Below, one piece after another: positions 38,079-50,500 of a stretch of DNA of 64,000 bases. The notes beneath the pieces are model-generated. The model made no database searches and was not told the DNA's origin. It saw nothing but the letters and a program-made list of their open reading frames with translations. How positions within the stretch are numbered: position 1 is the stretch's first letter; every line of letters starts with the position of its first letter. This DNA comes from Callorhinchus milii (lineage: Eukaryota): NCBI RefSeq assembly GCF_018977255.1, contig NW_024704762.1:6510001-6574000 (forward strand), read 5' to 3'. The position numbers and the translations under genes were made by a program.

Positions 38079-41000
38079 TACGTATGCCTAACTCGCCACT
38101 CCTGGTAACTCATCACCGAGTCATTGCAGTGAATTGTTACCAGGAAGTTACTGGTCATTAATGGTTACTGGAATGGTTTCGGTGCCAAACGACGCTGTTG
38201 GCTCTTTATTGGTCATTGTCGTGTTCGCTAACACTTGCCATTCCGCTTGTCGTATTTCTTCCATTTCTTTTCCCCTTTTCGCTTGTTATTACCGTGGATT
38301 CTTTCCCCGTGTGATCTGCTGTCATTATTGCATTTGCCCCGACACACACGCACACACACGCGCACACGCGCGCACACACACACACACACACAAGGCAGAG
38401 CTAGCGATATTATATCAGTTACAACGCAACCCATGTTAACAGCTGAATCCTCGGGAGCGTACGTCAGTGAATACGCGTCAGGAACAACTGCGGCAGAACA
38501 AAATCAAAGAATGCATTTCAAATATTTTCTAAGAAATCGCTAATAATTTACTGACGCATAACAATAATTTGAAATCTGATTGTGTTTAACGTTAAAGGGA
38601 TTCTTTCTTTCTCTCTCTCTCTCTTTCTCTCTTTCTCTCTGTCTGTCCTCTCTCCCTGGAAAATGCTCAATGAGTTTTACTCCTGCTGACAGCCGTACCA
38701 CAATCAGGCACTTATTTTTGGTGGGACAGTATTAATAACAATAATCGTTGCATTTGACACAGCGCCTTATCGCGTCTTCGAGACGTCTCAAAGAGGTTCA
38801 CAGGATACACTGTAAAGTGAATTGACTGTACACTTTGTGGGCGAAACGTAGACAGAAGTTCTCATCCAACTATACTGCGGCTCTGGGACACCAGACCTGT
38901 CCTTAATTTCCCCGCTCCCCATTCACACATATTTTAGTACGTCTTTCAGTGGAGTAATTTTCGTCATCCCAAAAACCCATCAGCTTCTTTAACCTTTTCA
39001 TTATAACTCAGTGCACAGCAATATATAATGACAATAACAATTCATAAGCCCAAATTTTAAATGTTTAACTCATTTATTTTATTAATATATCAATATTCCA
39101 GCGCCTTGGGGTGTCCTCCTGATGTGAAAGACGCTATACATATGTAATTTGTTGTTGTTATTGTTATATATATGTTCAAAGCACTGCTTTTCCTCTTACC
39201 TTATCACCTCTAGTGAATGACCTTGGACCTTCCACAGGACAAGTATACAATACAATACAAATTACATTTGTATAGCGCCTTTCACGTCGGGAAGACATCC
39301 CAAAGCCCTGGACAGTCAGGGATTTGGACCCGAGCTGGGGGTCGAGATCAGGGAGGGTGGTGGGCAGGGAGGGCAGAAGGTTGGCCGAAGACTCACATTT
39401 ACCTTGAAACCAATCTATTTGGGAATCTGGTTGGATGACACTATCTATTGATGAGACTCTCTAGCATTCACGAACAACATTTAAAGTGTTCCCTCATCCG
39501 TAGAGACTTTTTCTAAGAAAAAAAGACAGCATTGACACTTTACAGTTTTAAAAACTGATAAGAAAACTCAAAAAAAAAAGACAATTCCTGGCCCCGCTGA
39601 CTTGAGACGCCTTGTCCTAGCAAATGAATAAGTGCGCTAAGGTTCCTTCCCACCTCCCATCCCGTTCACTCACACAATTCCAAATAATTACTCTGCACAT
39701 TAAAACAGGACCAAACACGTGGAAACGCACGATTCTGTTTTCTTTCACCACGGTCGCCCCTCGGTTGTCTCGGGGCAGGATTGCTTAGCTGGATCTGCAC
39801 ACTCTCTAGTTTCAGATTGCAACGCTTTCCAGAAATAGCTACACACTCCAGAGGCAACGAAAATGGGTATCGAGAGCAATGACTCGCGAGTCAAAAGCTC
39901 CCCAAAGCAAAAGAAACACATCCTCAAAAGGGACTCACGTCTTGCCTGCGGGCTGAGGTAAACTCGTCGCGTGTTTAAAAAAGCTCCTTGTTTTATGCAG
40001 CGCAGAGGACTCTTGACTGTCCCTCTCCTTGGCTCCGTCTCAGACTGGGATTGATGCGAAGCAACAGGTGCCAGTTCCGGTAAGAATCAAAATATCAGCC
40101 AATCATGTCAGATACCATCAAACCCTCACAGCAACTAATGACAGCAACTCAGGGACTAACTGACTGACTGACTGACTGACTGACTAGCTGACTGACTCGG
40201 CTGTTGGAATAGGCTGAGGTTTAAGTGGGCACAGCTCTCAGTAACTCGCCCGTCGCTTTCAAGTCTTGGAGCAACTTGCAACGAGACCTTATTATAAATC
40301 GCTGTGCTTTATGAGATTTCTTAGCCACCACGTTCCCCCAGGCGCGAGGCAGAGAAGATGAGGTTCATCCATTGCGAACCTAAACCAGTCCGTCCTCTCG
40401 TTCGGCCCGCCTAGTAAATCTGCTCCTAAAGAGATTCACCAAACTTCGCTCTTTCTTCCTTAATTTTCCTCTACACTTAAACCTTCTCTGGAGGCCTTCA
40501 CTGGTCTTTCCTCTCAGTGGCTCCCCTCGCAACTGGGCAGCTATTTGAAGCTCGCTGTACAAAATGTCATGAGACAGAATGACAATATAACATCTGGGCA
40601 AAACGTGATTTTCCCCTCTGCCAAGTCACTGGTATTGTCACTCACAGCACAGTTTACACTGAAGATTAGCAATGACTGATTGTACTTGTTTTATATAATA
40701 GAAATACTTTCTCATTCTGTACCAATTTCCCCATCTGCCTGGGTCATTATCATTACACGGACAGAAATGATCATTTCCAAGGCCCCGTCTGCCTGTTCAG
40801 GAGGATAGTAAAGGTCCCGTGGCACTATCGGAAAAGAAAAGGAATATTGTTAAAGTGGTGATGGGATTCCGCGTGTGTCAGACACCAAAAAAATATATAA
40901 AGAGAGTTTGTTCTGGTGCCCTGGCCAACAATTCCCCCTCCCCCCAGATATAAATCAGTCATTCACTTCATTGCTGTGCACAAATTAGCTGCTGCGTTCA

Positions 41001-42273
41001 CCTCCAAATACAGTCACTGCACTTTGCAGTGATATCTTTGTCACTGCGTATCTTTGAGGTGTTTCAACGGAGCGATAACAGGCTCCAGCAAATGCGAGGA
41101 CCATTACTATTATTACCATCGCCGCAAAGAGCTAAGAGTGGCAATTCTACTCCCTGGGACTTCAATACCATTTCAAATAGGGTGAATCGGTGACAATCTG
41201 GGACACTAAATTACAACTAATTATAATTCAGCAATTAGCATGCATACGGTGACTGCGCTGGGAAATAAAAAGGTAGGCCAGCTGAATGGGAGCTGAGATT
41301 GAAACGTGCAATCCTTGTGCAAACACTGTTTTGCTCCTTGACCGTAAGCTGTGAGCGGGCAAGAACACAAGTGAGCAGAGAGGAGAGAGTGGGCAGAGAG
41401 CAGGAGGCTACAGAGGTATAGATGAAGCAACGAGGTGAGCTTTGAGCATTATAAAAAATCGCTGAATAACCTACTCAAACCCTCCGATAATTGTAAATCA
41501 GGCAATAGGGCCCCATCTGCTGGTCAAAGACGTTGACCCAATTTTCTTGATGACTCCAGACATTGATTGACATACGTACGAGATCATAGACAGAACCCGA
41601 CAGCAACCAAATCTCAAACGTCGGGTCGATTTAACCCATCGCCGCTTTGTGGCTGAAGAACAGTCATAAAAATTACTCTCGAGATAGCTACACGTCCCCT
41701 GCCGTTTGCGTGCATCTGTGCGCAATTGGCTGCCGCGTTTCGCCCACAAAATATTCAGTCAATTCACTTCACAGTATATTCTGTGAAGCGCTTTGAGACG
41801 TCTCAACGACGCGATAAGGCGCTGTATCGAAATGAAAGGATTATTATTATCTCCAGCCTCTGCTTACTGTTGTTTTTCTATTGAGCGAGCAGGAAAACAA
41901 GTTTGAAAGGTGCCGGGGGAACGAAAAAACAGAAACCTCTTTGCTTTCTGAAATTAAAAGCGGCACTGCTCGAGTGTCAGGTTCTCTGCTTTTCAGTCCT
42001 GGTGGTCCTGTAATGTAAAAGCAGCAAAAAGAGAGTTTTTCTCTTTGTCTAAAGATACCATGAGATGGGTACCACCATCTTCTGCAAGTCCTCACATACA
42101 CACACGTGGCTGTGGTGCACATGTCAGGCGATCACCAGGATGTGTGTCTACAGCAGAGTATCGCAGTGAGAAATGAGAGCCATTATGTCCTCCACTGTTA
42201 CAGCTCACATCATGGGTTACAGGTCAAAAGGAACCTTCTCCTCTAGTTTATTGCCAGCAGAATATTCTGTGGC

Positions 42274-42348
42274 TATTATATTATATTATATTATATTATA
42301 TTATATTATATTATATTATATTATATTATATTATATTATATTATATTA
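42274..42348. repeat. (TATTA)n pentanucleotide microsatellite
   Basis: About 15 perfect units, immediately upstream of a partial SINE (~42376-42580). Confidence 0.97.
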
Positions 42349-42843
42349 TGTTGACAACAGATTGTTGTGGGTCAATACAGTGGTTACAGCACTCGCCTCG
42401 CAAGCGAGAGACCTGGGTCCAATTCCCAGCAGGGCGAAACCTTGGCCAAGTTTCCTTACTCCACACGCCTGATAATAATCCCTCAAGGAAAAAAAAACCC
42501 CAAAATAATTTGGTCACTCAATCCACGGCTGTTTGTGGGACGCTGCTGTGCTCGATTGGCTGCCGCGTTTCGCCCACCAAATAAGTTATATGTATAAATA
42601 CACGAAGATGACTTAAGTGGTAGTGACCAGTTAAGCCAGGGTTGAGTTATCAGGAGTTTACTGTACATAGTGCATTGGTAATTCAGGCTATATGATGGTC
42701 TCAATATAGCCTGTTCTATTAACTTTGTGTGTGAGTTTATGTGAGCTTCCCTTGAGCCCTCAATCTCGCCTCCGCTCAATCTGCCTTCAAACCCCGCTAC
42801 AAAACCTACATCCTCAGCTGTGCCCTATTGTCACCTCCTCTTT

Positions 42844-43505
42844 CAACAACAACAACAACATTACATTTTTGTAAAGCGCTTTTCACGTCGGGAAGACGTC
42901 CCAAGCCCTGGACAGACAGAATTTCGGACGCGAGCTGGGGGTCGGGACCCGGGAGGGTGGAGGGCAGGGGGGGTGAACAGGGAGATCAAAAGCACGATCG
43001 AAGAGGAGGGTCTTGAGATGGGTCTTGTAGGTGGCGAGGGGAGGAGGTGAGGCGGAGGGACTGCGGGACGAACTTCCAGAGGGTGGGGGCAGAGTGGCAG
43101 AAGGCCCGCCCGCCAATGGTGGGGTGAGCGAGGTGGGGGACGTGAAGCAGCCTGGAGCCCGCTGAGCGGAGGGAGCGAGCAGGATGGTAGGTGGTTAGAA
43201 GGTCGCAGATGTCGGGGGGAGCGAGACCATGGAGGGCTTTGAAGGTGAAGACCAGGATCTTGAACCGTATCCTCTGTGTGATGGGAAGCCAGTGGAGTCG
43301 GGCGAGGATGGGGGGGTGATAGGGTCACGGAGACTGGTGCGGGAGAGGACATGAGTTCTGGACGATCTGCAGCCTACGGAGGGAGGAGTCGGGGAGGCTG
43401 ACAAGCAGGGAGTTTGCATAGTCGAGCCTCGATGTCATGAAAGCACGTATGAAGGTTTCGGCAGCCTGCGGTGAGACAGTGGCGGAGCCGGGCGATGTTG
43501 TGGAG
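42844..43505 (-). mobile_element. L2-clade LINE 3' fragment (ORF2 C-terminus, 3' UTR, (TTG)n tail)
   Basis: Broken minus-strand frames AAETFIRAFMTSRLDYANSLL...LRRLQIVQNS and ...YKTHLKTLLFDRAF are characteristic of L2 ORF2 ends. Confidence 0.85.
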
Positions 43506-44934
43506 GTGGGAATGGTATCCCTCCTGCTTGGCACCCATCCCAGGCACTGCAAAGCTCTTTGAGACATTATGTTAATGTACGTGGAAGGGTGCTCTATAAA
43601 GATGTTGTTGTAGTAAAAGGGGCAGGTTACACTGTTTTATTGATATCATCACTCCCTCTTTCCCCCCCAGATTGGTTATGTGCTCGCTTCACTGATTTTT
43701 CTGCTCCTTCCAGTTGTGCCACATGTTGTCGTCTCTCCCGATGTGACAGACGCCATACAAATTATGCATTGTAAATCGAATTTCACTGCAACGTGTGTTG
43801 CGCTGGGTCGATGCATGCCAACATTATTTTGGAAGCTCATAACGGAAACATGGGAGACGTGGGTGAAAGCAGTTTATTTATTTTTATTTATCGCAAATAA
43901 CACTAACTCACATCCGGGTATTACTTCAAAGAACATCGTCTCCCGGCAACTTGATACTTTGAAGATTGATTTCGCGACGCGATCGAAAGCCGTTTTCAAA
44001 ATATCATTTTTTTTCATTTCAATTAATTTATCTGTTAACCGTACGATCCTGCGAATCCGTCCACTTCAGTCTCATTTCTGGGTAAACTATCATTTGACAC
44101 GCATGGCAGGTCCTCTTTATCTAGATTCTTCCTGTAATGTGCTTCTTGGATCCAGCCTTATAGATGTGTGTGTGTGTGTTTGTAAGGTTCAGCACTGGGG
44201 ATTGCTTCCTTATAAAATGCAAATTGTTTATTTTACACCTGAGCATTACAAACGTTGCTTGGGTGAAAGGACTATATCAATGTAATTATTTTTAAATTCA
44301 ACAGCGGTAGAAACTCATCTGCGCCGGCAGCGTCAAAATGGAAGTGACCTTGATTGCTCCTAAACAGTTGGGGGTGGGGGCATCGATAATCCGTCTTCCC
44401 ACTGAGCACAGCAACTGATAATGAACGCTCAACGTGGAATTTTCCCATTATCAGTCTACGTTGTCAGTCAGTACAGTTGGTGGCGAGCTTAAAGACTCGC
44501 CATTTGTGCTCCGTGGAGTTACGACAATAATAATCCTTGCGCTTAATTATGTCGTCTTCTCTCTCTCTTTGTCTCGCTTTCCCTTCCTCTGCTGTTCGCC
44601 TGACTCTGTCGTTCGCTTTCCTTTCTCTGAGGGAAAAGGGGAGAGTAAGAGAGATTGTGTATTGCTGGGTAAACATGATTATGGATTTTATTCGCGTGTG
44701 TAGATGGGGTCTGCTGTGCTCCTTACGGGTCTTCCAGATCATCCAAATTAGTCCGCGAGACACAGTTTTTTGGAAACGTCAGAGAAAGAGAGCATTTCTC
44801 TTCCCCCTTCCAAAAATAGGTTTCAGCTAATGAACAACCATCACTGTCAATTTAGGTTAAAATTAGATAACCTTTCCCTTGTCTGAGTGGCGGTGGGAAG
44901 TTGAAACCTGTTATCGAACTGCCAGCCTACATCC

Positions 44935-45140
44935 TAATAATAATAATAATAATCCTTGCATTTGATACAGCGCTTTTCACGTCGGGAGGACGTCCCAAAG
45001 CGCTTCACAGAACACACTGTAAAGTGAATTGACTGTATATTTGTGGGCGGACGCGGCAGCCAATTGCGCACAGCAATGTCCCACAGACAGTCGTAGATTT
45101 GAAAGTGACCGATTTATTATTGTTTTTGGTTTTGGAGGGA
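44935..45140 (-). mobile_element. SINE family A, 3' half
   Basis: Matches the tail and core of the other copies. Confidence 0.85.
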
Positions 45141-45710
45141 TCTTACGCTCGCGCCAAGTGCTGCTCATCAACCTCTCCCGTCGTCCTGAAAACGTCCATC
45201 CCTGAGAGATGGCCGTTCTCAGTCACATCAGGTCGGGCACCGAACGAAAATCCTTCAAGCGCCCGAAGTTGTTAACACCCACTGTGGACTGAGTACCGGA
45301 TGTTACATGACACTATCTCCATTCACGCTATGACTGTAACTCTTTCCCCCCCCCACCGCTTACCGCGAATTATTTCGCAATCGCTTTGACAGAGCAAGAT
45401 TGCGAAGGAAGGTTTGGGAAATAAACCGTCACCGAAGAAAATCCTGGCGTGCTGTGCCGCCGTCTTGCGGGTGGAGAAAATTACAAGGTCCCTTGAATGA
45501 TGAAATGAATAACCGATCCTTTTTATTGCGCTCACGCATCAGTACTTAACGCATAACTCTGGAACACTCTCCCTCAATCCCTCCGTTGTAGCCGGTAGCC
45601 ATTTGAGTAACAAGGACTAGGGCGAGAGTGGGGGTGGGGAAAGCACATTAAAACGTGAATGCGTTGAAATTAACTCAACGCTGCGATGTGGGCAAACGTG
45701 GCAGCTTCTC

Positions 45711-46050
45711 TGGAGTCCTGTAGCTCAGTGGTTAGAGCACTCGCTTTGCAAGCGAGGGACCCGAGTTCAATCCCCGGCAGAGGGCGAAACCTCGGGCAAG
45801 TTTCCTTACTCCACACACAGAGCCCTAATAATAAACCCTCCAAAAACCCAAAACAATAATAAATCGGTCATTTTCAATCCACGACTGACTGTCTGTGGGA
45901 CGTTGCTGTGCGCCATCGGCCGCCGCGTTCGCCCACAAATACACAGTCAATTCACTTTACAGTGTGTTCTGTGAAGCGCTTTGGGACGTCCTCCCGACGG
46001 GAAAAGCGCTATATCAAACGCGAGGATTATTATTATTATTATTATTATTG
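45711..46050 (+). mobile_element. SINE family A, full length, GC-shifted
   Basis: A box TAGCTCAGTGGTTAGAGC, B box GAGTTCAATCCCC, L2-like tail and (TAT)n. Confidence 0.92.
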
Positions 46051-46959
46051 TTATCTGCACCTGCAAGATGAGCGATAATCATAACGATTACAGTCGATAC
46101 AGCGTTCCGAGACGCTACCCCGCTCGGAGGGCGCTACGTAACGATCCAAGGATGACGGCTGACGGTCATCTCCCTTTTCTCCCCGAGCCCTGGACGCTGT
46201 TAAACACTCCCCGAGTCGAACCGCGTGAATTGCCGCTTGACAACGGCAGGTTATTATTGCTGGTTATATCCCATCGCGTCGGGACAGACGCCCGAGCGCT
46301 TAAAAGGCCGTCCCACCGGCCGGGGGTCGCCATTCGGCAATCGAGTCCTCGGACGGCATCGAGGAACCCGGCGTTTTGATGCCCTTCAGAGGTCCACCGT
46401 GAGGTGTAGTGACTGTGCGCCCAGAGGCTAATTAAGGGCAGAGCGATATCCCTGCCGGCGTTTCTGTTCTCCCATAGCGGTTACTACCTCACCCCGACCC
46501 CCCCCCCCCCACGCCACCCCAAAAAAAATTATAACAACAAATAAGACAGGTCACTCGATCCACCCGCGACCGTTTGTGACTTTCAACCACAAGACCTACT
46601 ACAGTCACTACACTTGACAGCATATTTCCGTGAAGCGCTTTCGAGACGGCTCGACGCGGCGACGCGGCCGCAATCGAAACCAAACGCGAGGATTATTATT
46701 ATTATCATTATAATAACAGACACCGTACATATACGTACACACCCCAAATATAACGTGACCCCCCACCCCTCCCCCCCTCCCCCCCCCCGCCCCGACGAGC
46801 GCTCTGAGGCGTCGTATCAAATGACACTATTACTAATTATTAAAGAGCTCCTCCAAGGAAAACAACCACCAAGAACACGTCTGTGGGTGGTTTTAAAACG
46901 AAATAAAATGACCCCCTCCCCCCCCCAAAAAAAATTTTTAGGCGCCACCCGTTTACAGA

Positions 46960-47520
46960 GAAAAAAACACGCCCCATTGGGCGTGAAAACCGCCCAATTC
47001 TGGTCACGTGCGGGGGGCAGTTGGTGGTGGTGGAGCGGGCGGGCGGGCGGGACGAGGGCGGTTCCGCCCGATTGGGCGTGAGAACAACCCTTCGAAATCT
47101 AGTCACGTGGGGGTAGTGGTGGGGGGGGCGGGGCCGGGAAGTGTGGGGGTGGGGTGTCGCGAGCGAAGTGACGGTTGGGCCGCCCCGTTTGAATAACCGC
47201 CACGCGCCCCGTCCCGCCCCCCTCGCGCGACGTCACAGAGCGCGCGCGAACGGCCGCGCCTCCTCCCCGTCGTCGTCCTCCTCCCCCCTCACCTCACACA
47301 CCCACACACACACACACACGCGCGCGCGCGCGAGCAGCTGACTTGACGCGGCGGCGAGAGCAGAGACAACAACCCCTCCTCCCCCTTTTTTTTTCTCTCT
47401 CTCCCCTCCCTCCCTCTCCTCCTCCTCCTCCTCTTCTTCTTCTTCTTCCCTCCCTCCCTCCCTCGCTCTCTCACTCGCTCGCTCGCTTCACCTGGTTGTC
47501 CCGTCGTGGAGCCCTAAGGC
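46960..47520 (+). promoter_or_regulatory. OAZ1 CpG-island promoter and 5' UTR
   Basis: CpG dense. GTCACGTG E-boxes (CACGTG 47005-47010 and 47104-47109), ATTGG/CCAAT boxes, GGGCGG boxes, CRE-like GACGTCA ~47229-47235 and a pyrimidine-rich leader. Confidence 0.75.
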
Positions 47521-47523
47521 CGG

Positions 47524-50500
47524 ATGGTCGAAACCTCCCTCCTCCAGCGCATTTTGAATAGTCACTGTTTCGCCCGAGAGAAAGGAAGGAGATACGATGC
47601 CAGCCGTCACGTTTAGTCGCAGTGCTAGAGCCGAAAGGTAAGCGGGGAGGGAAGGGAAGGGAGGGAGGCAATGGAGGAGAGGAGGACGTCTTTTTTTTTG
47701 CGCGCAAGCTCGCACCGTGTGTGTGTGTGTGTGTGTGTACACATAGGCCGCAGGTTGTCTTCATAACGGGGGGGGGGGGGGTGAAGGGAATGGCGATGAG
47801 GAGGAGGAGGAAGAAGGGATAAAATAAATCCCCGTCCCCCTCGTAATCCAAGATCGCTGCCTTTTCCGAAGAGAAGGAGGGAATCCCGTGATAAAGGAGT
47901 GTAGGAGAAGAGCAGTGGGGGGGGGTGAGGGAAGGAAGGATGTCTCTCTCTCCCCTCTTCCCCCCCCCCCCCTCCGCCTCCGCCCTCCCCGTTTAAAATG
48001 GCCCCCCTCCCGCCTTCCAAACGGAGGGAGCGGAGGGAGAGGGGAAAAAAAAATATCTCCCCCAAGGGCGCCTTCCAAAGGAGAGAGTGTGTGTGTGTGT
48101 GTGTGGCAGGGAAGGGGGGGGGGGAGGGAGTGAGGGAATTTTATTTTAAAATAAAAGGGCTGAGTGGGGGAGAAGAGGAGGAGGAGGGGGGAAGGAGGAG
48201 GAAAAGCCCTCCCTCCCTCCCCTGTTTTTAAAAGGCCCCAAATGGCCGCCGTCCAAGTTTTTTTTTATTTGATTGATTTTTTTTCAATAAAGTTTTTCTT
48301 TCTTCACCCATTTCTCCCCCCCACCCCCCCCCCCCCCCCCACGCACCCACACACACACACACAGCTACAGATAGCATTTTTTTAAAAAAACAAACATCCG
48401 TGTTTGCACCGTGTTTTTTTTCTCTTTTTTTCTCCTCCACACACACACAAAAAAATACAAAAAAGACTGGGATTAAATCTTCGGGGATGAGGAGCACTGG
48501 GGATTTTATTTTGTTTTTTAAAAAAAAACGTGTGAAATAGTTCTCTTCGTTTCTTCCCCCCCACAACCCGCTATCTAACATTTAGCTTTTAGTTGAAACA
48601 TGTTTTATATAAAGCACGTTGGAGGATTTGCACCGTTTTTTTTAAAAAAAACTCCCAAAAGAAATAAAAATGAGAAAACCACCGTGGATGAGTCGCAGTG
48701 GGAATTTGTTTTATATTTTTTTAAAAAAAAAGAAAAGCGGTGGGAAGGGGACGTTAATGCACCGGTGTGTAAATGAGACTTTGTTTTTACTTGGACTGCT
48801 CGGGGAAGTGGATCAACAAACAGCGAACTGGTGAGAATGGATGTTGGTGGTTATGTGGGGGGGTGTGGGGGGCGTGTTGTGTGTGTGTGTAGGGGGGGTG
48901 TGGTGTAGTGTGGGGGGGGTGTTGTGTGTATGTGGGGGGTGTAGTGTGTGTGTGTATGTGTAGGGGGGTGTGGTGTAGTGTGAGGGGGTGTTGTGTGTAT
49001 GTGTGGGGGGGGTGTGGTGTAGTGTGGGGGGGTGTTGTGTGTATGAGTGGGGGGGGGGGTAGAGAGGAGAAGAAAAGGTGGTTGGTGTTAGTTGATGCCC
49101 GCGATTGTTATGAAACCCCCTGGAGGCTGTGATCTGCCGAGGTGACGTGGTGGGGCCGTGTGACGTGCTGCCTGGGCTGTGCGGTTCAGCAGTCAGGGTG
49201 GGGCTTGTTTGCAACCAGGAACAGCCAACCCTTCCGCGATCCACTGTGAACAATAGCGATGCCGAGCATCTGAGCTCCCATCAGACCCATGGCTTTGCTA
49301 ATTCGGAGGTTTGTTTTGATCTCGGTTTTTGCGGGTGGCCTTAACGTTCAGCGTTCGTTTTTGCAAACTTGCACCTTAGGAAATGCTCTTCAAATCATTC
49401 AGAACGAGCCCTTCCCATTCTGCCGTGTTGCCCAACTTTTAAAAGGATGGCTTCAGTGGGCCCTTCAATCTGGCCTTCTGTTAGGGCTTGGAGGATGAGT
49501 ATCACGATTCTTCGGTGTCAGTGGAAATGGACAACTAGCATGACAGCAAATGTACAAAGCTGGTTAACCTTTGGCAGTTTTTGCTTGCCTTTGTTTAAGC
49601 ACGGATGGTTGGTTATTTAACAGGTTTTAGGGGAAAACATTGCTTTGAAAGAGTTCCAGCTTTAGGGCTGAATTCTGAAATGAATATGTTTTTATAGTCA
49701 TTGTATGAAGATAGCATCTTGTAAAATTGCAGTGTTTGTGTAGAAAATTGTTTGTACTTAAACAGTTAACCATAGTTATTCAATCTGTAGTATAATAATG
49801 ACTGCTTTTCCATCTAGATGTGAGTGTTATGTCTCTTTTCCCCTCCCCCCATATCATGTATTAGATGGACTTGTGTTGTATTTGGGCTGCAGCAAGTGAC
49901 CTCCCAATGGGAATACAAGTCTTTACTGCCAACTCGGTTGATAATATAGAAGTTTCAGCTCAAACTGAATCAAAAAAATCAAGCCACACGCTGGCACCAT
50001 AACATGGAGGAAATTTTCAGACAAATGTTGATCATATTGAACAGATACAACCAAGCTACACATGGAACTTGTTTGCCAATTAGTTCACTTCTCATAGTAT
50101 CAGTGGAGAACCAATGCATTGTGGAAAACAGCCAAATTTAGGCATTTTGTCTTTGCATTCTGTATAGATATTTGCATATCAAATTTCCATAATATTGAAG
50201 CATTTCTCACTACAATGTTGATTGAAAGGTTGTTGCAGAATCCTGTGTCACTTAATTGTGAGAGGGTAATTTCTAGGTTATGTATCCAGCTCCAACAGTC
50301 AATGTTTTTATTCCCCTGCACCCAATGTAAACAAGTTAATTTTTTTTAACCCTTTCAGTCCCAGGCTGTCCTCCAATTGCAGTAGTAACCCTGGTCCAGG
50401 GCCTCAGTGGTGCTCCTGATGTCCCTCACCCACCCTTGAAGATCCCAGGTGGGCGAGGGAATGGTCAAAGGGATCACAATCTTGCAGCCAGCTTATTGTA

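Noticed and set aside
43680-44285. 201-aa + strand ORF
   Set aside because: Non-ATG start, no recognisable motif or splice context, includes a (GT)n tract.
45711-45785. tRNA-like sequences with A and B boxes (also 21629, 25905-25980, 59707)
   Set aside because: They are SINE heads, each followed by the same core and L2-like tail; not genuine tRNA genes.
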